Positions 26,662 through 39,315 of a stretch of DNA of 64,000 nt are shown one piece after another. Positions within the stretch are counted from its first letter, which is position 1. The number at the start of each line of letters is the position of its first letter. The DNA lies in contig CM039007.1 of NCBI GenBank assembly GCA_017499595.2, positions 806,001 to 870,000 on the forward strand, written 5' to 3'. The translations under genes were made by a program, and so were the position numbers. The notes under the pieces are model-generated. The model was given only the letters and a program-made list of their open reading frames with translations, did no database searches and had not been told where the DNA came from. The stretch is from Psilocybe cubensis (Eukaryota).

Positions 26662-26761
26662 NNNNNNNNNNNNNNNNNNNNNNNNNNNNNNNNNNNNNNN
26701 NNNNNNNNNNNNNNNNNNNNNNNNNNNNNNNNNNNNNNNNNNNNNNNNNNNNNNNNNNNNN
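26662..26761. other. Assembly gap (100 N, likely unknown true size)
   Basis: Run of exactly 100 N. Confidence 1.
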
Positions 26762-29700
26762 GGTTTGAAATTATGATGTGTGCCTTGGAGTTGGAGTTGG
26801 GTTGGAGCTGGACAGACTTACTTCCTCGATCGAATGTGAATACACCACGCGTGGTAGGGAACTGGGCGTGTTCTTACAAACCCGAATTTCTCGAGATGAG
26901 TCGGAGAAACCCCAAACTATTGAACTTAGAATTCACCAATTTCTCTCATCCTTCAAGATCGCATCCAACTCCGACAATTTGCACGAAATGATAAAGTCAA
27001 GCAGTGTCATTTACACGGTCATGGGTTGGAATCTAAGCTTACATGACTCCGCCGACAGCTTAAACTTACCGTTAGTTATAGCTCACAAGACATGGTTTCG
27101 TACTAATAAACAAAGTTATCCTCCTAGTCTCATGGAAGCCACGTTGTGTATGCCTGTCAGGGTCGTTGTTTAGTAAATTACGGTTAGTCGTGATATAGTT
27201 ATATTACTACCTATTAGTATGACTAGTACTAATATGATGCTGATGCTGATGTCGGCGACGATGATGAGACTAGAGTGCCACTTTGTCTGTATTGGAGCAA
27301 GTGATTTGTTTACAAAATAATCTTCACACCAGACCATTGCAGCGATTTGGGGACCAATTACAGGCAATTCAATTGGGATGTGCAAGAGGAAACTTTTGGA
27401 GCTTGGGTCCAGGTGATCAAAGAGAATAATAGTTGACAACGCATCATTCTTCCAACAAAAACTCCTCAAGAGACAAGTCGAAATCGGGGACAAAGTGACA
27501 AAAAATACAGTTCAAAATCTCCAATTCTCTCGATATCGTGACTGGTATGTATATAGATTACTATCGTGATTAAGACGCAGCATGCGTTGGTTAACATAAG
27601 TACATAAATGTACTGGGTATCCCGGTGGGGAGTGAATGATAGGGGTTAGCTTTCGCTTTGATACAATGATGCTCAAATGATTGTATACACAGAACACAAC
27701 AACCTAACCATGTGGTCACCACAGGGTTGTCCACGGATTGTCTATCAGTGGCAAGCCGGATTTCCGAGGTTTACCGAGCTGATTACGCATTTTAGTTAGG
27801 CCATGCGCCCGTTTGGTCGTTTAATTACTAACTATGGATTATGTTTGTCGCTTGTCTCGAAGGGATCACCACTTAGTGGGAAAAAATACTGAGGAATTGC
27901 AGTATGTGTAAACTTGTACATATGCATGCTTATGCACTTACGACACTCCTGGATATCGTATCCAGCCGAAGCCTCAAGACCCAGCTCAATACAATCGGTG
28001 TTGTCTTGGTATTATTTTGTCTTTTGCTGACAAATTTAGTTACGGTTTGGCTTGAACGTTCAAGTTGGGTAGTATCACTAAAATCAAAGAAACCAACTGT
28101 TAATACCGTAATATCCGAGTAGCCGTTACCTTTTTTTGTTCAGTTACTTCAGTATAGAGAGTAAGATAGCTCGCGGCTAATAGTAACTCGTAATACTAAG
28201 CCTAATGCTAGACTCGCATTTGGAATTATGAAAGGTTTAAAGTTCAGTGCAATTAGAATAACTAGTACCGGTTGGTAGAAAGTGCAGAGCCAATTGACGC
28301 ACATGTATCAAGGCTGATCCATCTGCTTCTCTAGACCATTTATCAACGATGTATCATAATGATACTGCAATCACACCACACTCTTTCTCGGAACGGTGAA
28401 GACTTATCTCATCATTGAGATTCGTTAGATTACTATTTTAATGCTTCCTCGGCGGATTCTTGCACTGTATTTTGGAACTGTTGGATATAGATTGAAATTT
28501 TGAAGCTCCCTTGCCTAAGCCCACCTGTAGACATGCATTTAAATTTGAGTAAATCAACACATATGAATACCTCCAATTCACCTTGCTCCGAGGAACCAAC
28601 GCGGAAATTTTTTTGAGTGGAGGTATCAACGCGACACCACCGATCACCCCTGTCCTCAGGCCTCATGACTTGACGCGCCTCTTACTTAATTGAACGCATA
28701 CTGTCTAAGAATAGATACGCGTGCGCATGCACTGACATTGACACGACAGGCACAGCTTGATGCAATTCGCGCGTTCGAGAGGTCGTAAAACGCATTGAAA
28801 AAAGTAACATATTTTATTCCATCACATCAATTCTCACCATCAGCATCAGGACTCGAGTACAAGACATTGTGACTTGTAATTTACACGGTGTGTTATGAAT
28901 ATGGGGAGTGTGGATTGACATAAAGCGACATGGGGTGCATCGCCTTGCCACGTTCTCGTCCACGAGCGTGTCACCTTGATTTTCCACCACACTAATGATG
29001 ATGATCCTACTCGACTCGGAGATGCTGAAGTGGGGCTTTCGGCATCAGGTTTCATGAATCTAAAGCTCTATTAATATTATCACGAATCCGGGTCCTCTCT
29101 GACTCGGAGTCCTGTCCGCCGAAATCTTCAATAACTCGTGAAGGCTTGAGCCTCGACAGGATCTTTGTGGCATGCACAAGTAATTCAAATTCTCAGCTAG
29201 TATAAATTGAGGCGAGGACAGCGCATGTACACACTAGCCACTTCCGTCGTTGAAGGAATAAACTTTTGCGGAAGCTCGGGAGGAACGCAAATGATGTGGA
29301 TATAAAGATATTATGTAGAGATTTCGAACTCGGAGGTTGTGTCGGAGGTTGACATAGACATGACATTCCGCGTCTGAGGTCCGAGGCCTCGAGCATCAGC
29401 TCATTATGCTCCCGCGCCATTTTCTCTATGCTTACAGTCTCCGATTGACCATTAACTTCGGTGTTTATTACTTTAAATAAGCTGCGAGACCCCTGAAGCA
29501 TTAAAGTCAAGTTGGATGTGTACGTGCTACCTCGAGTAGACTTATGTTGACCTATTTATAATAAATATGTCTCTTGTTAACGAAACAGGATTTACATAGA
29601 TATCGGATATGATACTACTCAACGATCATGTTTTTAACATTAATAGCATTGTCATTAAACTCGCGAAAATGATCGACAAATGCAAACCTTCCACCAGTGG

Positions 29701-31370
29701 TCGTGAAATGCCTCAATCATCGAAATCAGTTGTGATTCTGCCCTCCACGTCCAATCCTTCGGGTCAACTAACTTGACATCAGCTTCCGCGGGTCTTTCAA
29801 CCCTTGATACTCCCGGCCACTTATCTGTCTGCCCGAGAATCTAACTCGAATTTTGTCCTAATCACAATATGTTATAATGGAGTTGTCATTCGGACTCCGC
29901 TTTATATAAATAAAAACCTTTTGCATTGTGTTCTCGGTTCGCCAACAGTGCGTTGTTCAATGGTCGGGGTTCCTTACCTTGTATCATTAAATCTGAATGT
30001 TGACCTCGGAATCCGTCACAAGAGTATTGAGTGCCACGTTGTCATTGGCAGCTTGATCAGAAAGAAACATGCTTCACACCTCCTTGGAATCAGTTACTCA
30101 AGGCTACCGTACAATCTTAAGGTGGGATTGGCCCGGATGCCGCTAAATCTTTGAAGTTAGGCGTCAGGGAATTTAGCAAGGTAATTTTGGAGATTTCGCA
30201 AGGTAACAATTGACACAGTCAAGTCAGGGGAGCTGTGCTAATAAAATTGCCGTCGCTCGACTGTCCTAAGTTTCTCATACCAAAACTTAAAGAGTGCCTA
30301 ACATCATTTTGGTCTAGAATAATTACACGGCTGAATTGATTTCTGAATGTCGAGGCACGAAAGGGAGAGGTATCTGTGCATTTGAATGCTTCGACCTGAC
30401 GTAAAAATAGGAAAGATGGGTACACACTCAGTGTACGTGCCGTGGCTAATAAATTGGCATCACCTTACCAATACCCAACACCACAGCGCCACTGTGTGAT
30501 CGTGCGCCATATTGATTTCACAGGACATATCTTTCAATTTCAGCTTCGTAAAGACAATGTATCTTTGATGAATGATTACGTCTCCTGGGCACCTCGGGTA
30601 CAGTAATGAGTGGCTTATCTATTTAGTTGATTCTCAGTAATGTAGAAATATTGCGGCACCATGCTATAGTTCCCTAAAACTTTGTTCTGTAATATTTCAG
30701 AAATTTTATATCGCACAAGGACCAAGTCGTATACACTGACAAGTTACCTCGAGCCATGGAAAATGTAATCACCCACCCAATTATTGCTCCCCGCTACTCC
30801 CATGCTGTCTCCCACATGATGTCTTCACCTCAGCTGAGCCATCAGCTCAGATGCAACAATGGACAATTATCGTGAACTATATCCCAAGGATCATATTGAA
30901 AACTTGCATGTGTTTTCCATCTAATCATAGTGGAGATGCAGAGGTCATCAAGATGTAGAAGGTATATTTTAGCCTGACCTATGTTCATCGAAATGATGAC
31001 TGATGCATAATCCGCGCGCCATCGAGGTGAGAAGTTTTTTGGTGGCTCTTTCTACGGATTTCCGGACCCTTAATAATACGATGTAAACTAGCTTGCGTGA
31101 CATTTTTGAATATTCTTAACTGACTCTGAACTTGTGCTGTGGACCATACCGTCAATGAGAGAACTGAAGCACAATGGTGTATAATTATCTTTCTGCAATG
31201 GAATGCGTATTTTTACTTTTATAAAGTGTGTCCCAAAACAAAGCTACTGCAAAATAGCCAGATAGTTTAAACATCCTTGGGCGCCTGTAGCTATGACACA
31301 TATGCAGCCTGCTAGCAAACAAACTTATAGAAAACTGTGCGAGAAATTGTATGAAACTGCTCGATATTGA

Positions 31371-31424
31371 AGCCCCGCCACATAGAAAAGCCCCGCCACA
31401 TAGAAAAGCCCCGCCACATAGAAA
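31371..31424. repeat. Three perfect copies of an 18-bp unit (AGCCCCGCCACATAGAAA)
   Basis: Copies start at 31371, 31389 and 31407. Confidence 0.95.
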
Positions 31425-32054
31425 TTTTATTCAACATATTCTAGTTTTAAGATGGTCAAATGTCCGTTTAATCTGCGTTTCCTCGCGCGCCTAAAATAGA
31501 ACTCCACACCTGGCCAAACTTGGCAAAAGGGCGCTCTTGTCTATACGGCACGGAGAAAAGGCCACTGTATTGAGTCAATAATCAATAAAACACCTTGTCG
31601 TGATGTATCTTAATGTGACTCTTATACTCTTCCTGAACTTATCAGAACATAGTTACGGCGGTAATCTCATCCCGCCAAGAGCCTGCCAAGTCTTTTCTTT
31701 GCAGTGTAACCTTTAAAAGGGGCTAAAATCGGTCACCATATCAACTAATGGCACAGGGTCCTTGCGCGCTGTTCGATTGAGGATGTATTCTGAAATAATA
31801 CACAGGTATGAGTTTTGAATATATATTGCTAGTATAACAGGTTCCAACTGAGAGTATTTTACAAATGTGCATTGAGATTATGCGGTAGAAACTAGCCTAG
31901 TTTTTGGAGAATGACGAGGATGAAATAAAATATCCCTACTTTGAACTACTTACAAAAATCCTTATAATGAAAATGAAAGATAGAAGTCTTACATCTGTCC
32001 GCAAGGGAAGGTTAAACCAAGGTATAAAAACGAGTGGATAACATCTGAAATAAG

Positions 32055-33589
32055 TCAGAAAGTGGCAGTCCACGCTTTTACGTCGAATGTTGAGTCGCGT
32101 GCATCGTCCATCCACCGGTATTCCTACAACAATTGAATAAGTGGTCAGCGGACACATTGGTGACAGGAAAATCCACAGGAACGGACCAGCAGGGTCTTAG
32201 GACTATGCCTTTCATCCGGATCTTTCATTAGACAGGCATCCACAAATTCCTCCGCTTCTTCCTCAAACTGGTCCCCAAGCCTCGGCGACGGGTCCCTGAC
32301 GATTTGATGCATTAATTCAATGATACTCATTGAAGACAAGTTATCGTCGTGGAGAGTAGCTTCATGATCAACGCGTTTACTTAATCGGCGGTTTTTCTTC
32401 TTGTTGAACCCAAATGATGAGTCGCGATATGTGGGTGTTTTGTTGTTGGGGTCGAAATCATGGTCTCTCTCTAGATCCGAAAGATCCGAGTCGTCGTCGT
32501 CGTCAGAAATGTCGCAAAATGGGAAGCGCCCGGTTGCAAGCTCAATGAGCGAGATCCCCAGTGACCATATATCTGACTTGATGGTGTATTCAGCGCCTTG
32601 TATACGTTCGGGCTGCGGATACCCTCTATTTTTAGTCCGAAACTTTCGGGTAATGGAGAGCTGAACTTACACTCATGTACACGGATGTGCCCACAAACGT
32701 ATTAGCAATGGAGTTAATCAGTTCGCCCGACACCCCAAAGTCGCATAACTTTATCTGTCCTTCAGAATTAAGCAGTATATTTGAGGGCTTGATGTCTGTC
32801 TCGAATTTATCAGCGTGCTTCATATCAACTAGACTAGGGATAACGGACCTCGATGGATTATACGATGTACGTCGTACAGATATGTAAGCCCTTCCAGCAC
32901 GGAATGCGCTACTAGGCAAACAACATTGATATTGATCGGGCCAATCTTCTTGTATATTCCATCGAATGATCCTTTGTCCATGTACTCCATGCAAATGCAG
33001 ATATTAGGCTCGGCCAAGAACGACCCAAAACACGAAATAATGTATTCGGAATGGCAGTCATGCATAATCTGCAGTTCACGTAGAATCTGCTTGCGTACTG
33101 ATGATTTAGCGTCGATCAGGACAATCTGAAGAGAAGCCTTTAATAATGACGCCATGTTTCAGAATGTGGGTGAACACGTACCTTTTTAGCCATGATGGTG
33201 CCAGTTGGTATGTGTTCTACTTTTACGACGCTTCCACCATTTCCTTGCCCCAAATCCGCCAGTTTTTTGAGGTCTTGATTCTTCAAATCGAGTTTAGGTG
33301 CGTCCTTGAGATCAAGACGCGCCAGTGTTTTCGACAGGGTTGCGTGCATGGCGCTGCGACGACCTGTAGCTGGGCTTTCCGCTGGTATGGTGGGGTCCAA
33401 CACGAACCCATTGGTATCTTCGGCTCCACCTAACGGTGGGGGCCGCCTCTTGCCCATCGGTGCTGGGGCTGGTCGAGTTGCGACCGGCGGAGGTGCGATA
33501 GGGTCATCAGGGAGCACCAATGCTTTAAAATTCCGTTTGGTGCGTAAAGGAACAGCTGGAGGGGTATATCCAAGTGCTGGCACGGACAT
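32055..33589 (-). CDS. STE7: MAP kinase kinase, Ste7/Fuz7/Byr1 type (pheromone/filamentation pathway MEK)
   Basis: Exons 33589-33182, 33125-32849, 32795-32671, 32612-32187, 32123-32055. N-terminal docking-like motif [68 protein letters not shown] and SDIWSLG. Confidence 0.92.
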
Positions 33590-34438
33590 GGTTGTATAGG
33601 TCTACGATGAGGGTCAATTTCAATACCGCTTAGAAAGCAAGGGTCTTTAAAAAAGGTTGGTTACCGCTAGCGCCATCATAAAGCAATTTCCCACGTTTCG
33701 AATTCCAGTTCCTCCCAAGCCGGCAGGGCTATGTAAAAGGAAAGGCTCTCGAAACCTGAGCGGGAGCGAATCATAAGGTAAACGATATGTGTCACAGGCT
33801 GTATCTCCGACGATCATCATAACCTCCACCGCATGCGGGGATGCCGGAATAGTACGCCATTGACGATATAATTAGGATTGAAGGAGTCTACCCCTAACTG
33901 TGTGTATTCCCAAGATCTCACAGACGGTTGACAACTTGTAAGATGCCCACAGTCCGTTAAGTAGATGAAATCTCGAGGGAGCTAGCACTCGGACGGGTAA
34001 TTTCTTCTTGTAGGCCTAGAATATCAACATGAAAACAATTTGATGCAATTATTTAAATAACGGTTGACTTCTCAGAATGCTGTGAATCGAGAATTTCAGT
34101 GAAGAGAGCTTTTGAAATCCAACAATTTTATGACTGATCATCGGTATGAATTGAAAACATTAGAACAAATCACGACATACGGAACACCAAGTTGTCATTG
34201 GATACCAGAGTCAGTGTGCTTCTCGTTCTTTCTCAATGAAAGTTGCTCCGGCGCCGATTTAAGATCGATGTGGATGTGGAGGGCAATCTCCTGTGTGATG
34301 GACGTTGGTCAAAAAAAGTGGCAACTCTGGAAATCCGAAACGTTGCCAAATTTACCTGTGACCTCCCCTTTAGACAGTGCCAAATATTGCTTTTGTCAGT
34401 TGAATGTTCTTTTAACAATCTGTTCACTGATCGCAACC

Positions 34439-35978
34439 ATGAATACGTCAGCTTTGACTCTTCCTGTGGTTACTATTCAGCATACTTTCGCAGAGGTCAT
34501 ACAAGAGATCCAAGACGGCGTGATAGCATCCGAAAATTTCTGGGTTTCGTGTTACAAAAAATCCGAAACGTCCGTCCATGCAAAGATCAATGCCGAATTG
34601 GATGAGCATAACAGAAATCTTGTCAATTTGACCACAATCGAGGAGAAGGGGGACGTTGAGGTCTCGGTAGGACCCACAGGTGTGAGTTTCTGTATTGATT
34701 TTCTGTGGGCATTAGCTTCAAATCCATTTCTTTGTACATTTCTGATCAAGTTATCACCACTGATATCGTTTCGCAAGTTTACTCATTGAACATGGCAGAA
34801 TTACAGGGTTACCTGTAAATCACTCGGGATACCACCTACAGAAGTTGTGACGCCGATCCAGGAATACAAGGATGAGGAGAGGTCGAATTCCACGCGTGTA
34901 AGCCTACAAAAGTCCCTTGAAACACCAGCTTATAAGATTAACCTTGTTCAAGCCGCACAGAATTACAGCGTTTGATGTTTCTCCCGATTGTTCTCGATAC
35001 GCAACCGGGTACCTTGATGGCACAATCTTTCTCTACCCAACTACACCATTCAAACCACCCCACAAGTCCTTTCTGCCAGACACCATCGAAACCACAAAGA
35101 CCAAGCAACAGTCGAGGCCGCACGTCGCTCAGACAACGTCGCTCAAATTTTTCCCCTCTTCCCGTGTCCTTCTTTCATCCGGTTTGGACTTTACCTTGAC
35201 AATTCTTCCTGCGGACCTTCCAGATCCCAGCGCCCAGGCACCTAGCTATGGAGCTCGCATCTCCCCTGCGCGTACCATGCGGGCGCACACTCGTATGATT
35301 ACCGACACGGCCATCATCGCAGTCGGCCGCAACGTCGTGTCCTCCTCTCTCGACGCAACCATCAAACTGTGGGATGTCTCTTCAGGCGACGTCATTTCTT
35401 CAATCACCGCGCAAGGAGGTGTCTCTTCTATGAGCCTTGGAGATCGACCCCCAGCTCCCCCAGACGGCGAGGAGCCAACTCCGCCGATTGCGACAGACGC
35501 GCGTGAAGTACCAGAGACGAGCGCGAAAGTTATATTTGGTGGACTGGAGAATGGATCCTTCCAGATGTTCGACCTTGGGTTTAAGAAATCGGTGTACACT
35601 TCTCCGAAACCTTCCGTTCGGTCATCCCTCTCCTCCATTGTCTACTTGCAGTCTGCCAACCTTCTTGCAACGGGATCATCATCCGGGTTGATCTCTATTT
35701 ACGACACGCGATCCCTTGCAACTCCTCTCACTTCGTTTAGGCGGCTGGACACGACTGTAGAACAAATGGCATTTAGGAACAGTCTCAACGGCGAGGTACA
35801 ACTTGCGGTGGCAACATCTGATGGTTTGCCGTATATCGCCAGTGTCGTACCCGAAGGACCGTCTGTCCTTACCGAACTCATCGGTGTGGACTGCGATTCT
35901 GTAAGGAATGTCACGGTGCGAGGCACGGATGTGTGGTGTGCGAGTGATGATGGTATAGTTCGACGGTATGCTTTGTGA
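34439..35978 (+). CDS. WD40 protein, probably PAAF1/Rpn14-like proteasome assembly chaperone
   Basis: Exons 34439-34681, 34799-34897, 34953-35978. WD repeats (LKFFPSSRVLLSSGLDFTLTI, AHTRMITDTAIIAVGRNVVSSSLDATIKLWD) and N-terminal VTIQHTF...FWVSCY pattern recalled from PAAF1/Rpn14. Confidence 0.8.
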
Positions 35979-36316
35979 TTAATGTGAGAACTCGCCATTT
36001 TCCAAATTCCATGAGCGATAGTACTTTTAACCGAATCTTAGTTTGACGTTGGTCCGACATCAGAATGAAAAGGCAATTGCACGAATCAATAATATCGATG
36101 TCTATGACAGTTAATGTCGATGCCGTGGCGAGTTAGGTGCTACAAGTGCATCAGTTCTGCTGCCTCTACCAAATTTCCTTCTGTTCAACATGGACACTCG
36201 AGGTGCCACCAACTCCGAAGTGTATGACTAGATTATGCTTTCGTTCAACAGGAGCTAACAAAAAACTAAGCTCGTCTTGCCGAGTCAGCATGATCGAAAT
36301 TAAAAAAAATTACGCG

Positions 36317-36406
36317 TCCCCCTTGGCTCAGCGGTAGAGCGTGTCACTAGTAGGGTCTTGTGACCACATTATGACAAGGTCAGTCGTTCAAGTCGGCTAG
36401 GGGGAA
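36317..36406 (+). tRNA. tRNA-Thr (anticodon AGT) with an 18-nt intron at 36353-36370
   Basis: Cloverleaf: acceptor TCCCCCT/AGGGGGA, D stem GCTC/GAGC, anticodon stem TGTCA/TGACA with loop CT-AGT-A-[intron]-A, T arm AGTCG-TTCAAGT-CGGCT; a T5 Pol III terminator follows at 36414-36418. Confidence 0.92.
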
Positions 36407-39315
36407 TCCCTTGTTTTTACATTAATACCGAAGCTAATTTACTGGGATTATGCCTATTTTTTCGATGAGGTAGTTATGTCTATCAACCGAAGCTCCCGTG
36501 AGAGGTTGTGAAAATGAAATATTCAGACTAAATGAATTGGGTAGGTCTCAAGCGATTCACACTTTTATAAACGTGTGAGTCAAGAAATATCCAACCGACA
36601 ATTGCCCTACATCTCTCCAGCACCCTTTACCTCAAGCCTGCTTTCGTATTATCAGACTTGTGAATCGCTATCTCTGACATTATTGATCATCAGAGATAGA
36701 GATTCGAAGTTCACAAATCAAGTCTCAAGGTCCATCATCCTAAATAGAATTTGGGTCATTGGAAAAGCAAATCAAGGAAAAAACAACAAAGTGAGTTGGA
36801 ACCTCGCGAAGGTTAATGCGACTTTTTTTGGCTTCGTGCAACTCGGCGCAATCCTTGCCATCGCCTTTATCTGTTCTATCACGTCGTTGTCCTGGGATGA
36901 ATTCGCCGTACGACCAACATTAGAAAATCAGCTTCCACATCTTGTTCGTCCAGTGCAATGTACTTCTCGTGATCGTGACCTCTGCTACAGCCTACTGGTG
37001 CGTCAAATCTACTGCGGTGGCTGTCACTTGAACGCGTCCTTAAAAGGTACCTAGGCTGTGCGGATACACGACTGTCGGAAAAAAATGACATGGGTATTAA
37101 CTTTGGTGAACCAAAGATATGAACAAGCTTTGAATATTTCAAAAGACTTACCGAAAGAACTAGACGACTCTGTCAATAGAGGTATACCAATATACTGGCT
37201 CTACCGTGTTTGTATGAGCATTAATGATAATACTAGTAAGCACTGAGTACTACTAGTAGCCATAATTTCGCACAGAAAATTCTAAACAGTACATGATCGT
37301 TCAGGCGCAGACTCGTTGTTTCCAACCGGAACTATTTCATTCGTCCGTCGTACTCACATGGATTTGGCGAGTGAGTGTTGGGATGTTCTGCGGGTCTTGT
37401 TGGTCTTGTTATCGCTGACTTAGCCAGCTGCGCGCGCGTTCATTCGGTCACCTGATCGTGTGCCAAGATTACATAATATAATGTTGATCCCTGGCCACGA
37501 AAAGTTGCATTTCGTCCTGAGTCCATCGTCGGGCGTATGAAATCAAGTCCAATGGGTCGAAAAGTGGGCCTATTTATGAAAACTGTTATGTGATGGTGCT
37601 GACTTATCTTCCAAGGATCCTGAAACAGTTTTTAATTCCTGACAGTCTGAAGAGACTAGGTAGTACGCTTTTTACACCCTCAGGCTCGACATCACAGCAT
37701 ACCCTCTATGTCCACACGTATCTCACCAACCAGAAGCTCGATCATGTGGGAAACACTTGATCACTACCCACCTTTTCAACGATCTAAAGCAATTTTCGCA
37801 CTGCATGGACCGAACACCTATATAGATAGTCCTCCTTGACGTCCCCGCTCGATCCGTCACGATGCCGGATCAACGAGTATGAGATTTTCAAACCACTTGT
37901 CGACGATTTGGAATGTGTTTGTTGAGTGTCCTTTTGGAGATCTTGAATCGGACATTGGGTAGTCAACCGACCCAAAATGGATCGTGGCGTGGTGGACAAA
38001 GGGCTGTGCGTCATTGGCCAGGACAAGAAAAAGCTAACGGTTGTTAACAAGGCAAAAATAAGAACATCGTTTACTTTGTGCGTTCCAACGCCTCCAACAC
38101 TAGAGGAAGTGATGAGTGATGGTCAGTTTCAGATCCCTTCGACAACTATACTGTGTTTTTACTTAACATACTACAAGTGCATTGGCTATCCCTGCTGACT
38201 CTGATACCACGCCCAGTTCTCTTTCGCATACATTATAATACCTATTCCACCACGCAAAATCGGGCAGGCGTCTGCAAGTCGAGGTAAATACACTGGGTAT
38301 CCTGAACGGTAGCAAGCCAGCGCGGATACCATACCTAAATGCGGACATGTAAGCTGATGAAATTCGCGCAACACTATTTGTTTGATCACGTTTTGTTAGC
38401 AGCATTGAATGGTTGCATCTATTTCCTCCTGTGCTTACAGCAAGCAATTACAGAGACAAAATTAACAAATGTTGGGACCTCAGCCTTCTTGTTATCAAAT
38501 ATTTCACGCAGACAAAGTTGAGGACACAGCTTCCTGCCAGAAGGGAACACCGCCTTCATTCCTATCTATACAATGCATCGCGACCCTTGTAACCTCTCAT
38601 CTTCTCCAACACCGTTGGATACCCGAATATCGAAAGGCAGCATCGTAAGCCGAGGGTCTTTAATGGTAACCCTGCGGAGTACATTCACAACACGAACACC
38701 TTTATTCAATTTTCCATTCGACCTGCAAACTGTGCTGGCAAAAGCCTGGCCTACATGGAATTTGACCCGCTTTGTAGATCGAAAATTTGCAGACGGCTAT
38801 TATCCTGAGTGCTGGATAGATGATATAGGTGATTTCTTTATTGCCGTGAAAGGTCCACTCGAGTTTTAGTGATTGCTACGCCTCATAAGTGAAGATTAGG
38901 CAGCAGCGTCAGTATGATTAGCAAACCAGAAGATGTACAACTATCCTCAATCCTGCCACAGCTTTGTTAAAACGTGGTCAACTATTATAGTAATGCGCCG
39001 TACACATTGTCGTTTTGCTTTGCTGTGATTGTTGTATTGCTATTAATAGATCTATCCGTATACAGAGAGTCATCGTAGAATGATTACGAACACCATGCGA
39101 AGGCATAATTACTTGCGCGCCGCCGTCTCGGTTACTTCGGGTGGTATCGAAGAACAGCATCGATAACGTTCGAACCCAAGCTCCTTATTGTTGAACAGAT
39201 AGTGTGGGATTTTGGTACGTCGGAATATGATAAATAAACGTAGACCTGAGTGATTCTCATTAGTACATTGAGCAGCTCTCTCCTACTAAAAGTATCTGAG
39301 TACTGTACCTTGGTC

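Noticed and set aside
19860..27760. CAGGGTT...ATCAGTGGC at 19860 and ~27722 as transposon termini
   Set aside because: Same orientation, short and gapped similarity, no TSD; compatible with chance.
36500..39200. Short ORFs between the tRNA and the DUF6535-like gene
   Set aside because: No coherent spliced model or recognisable motif; may be decayed sequence but unsupported.
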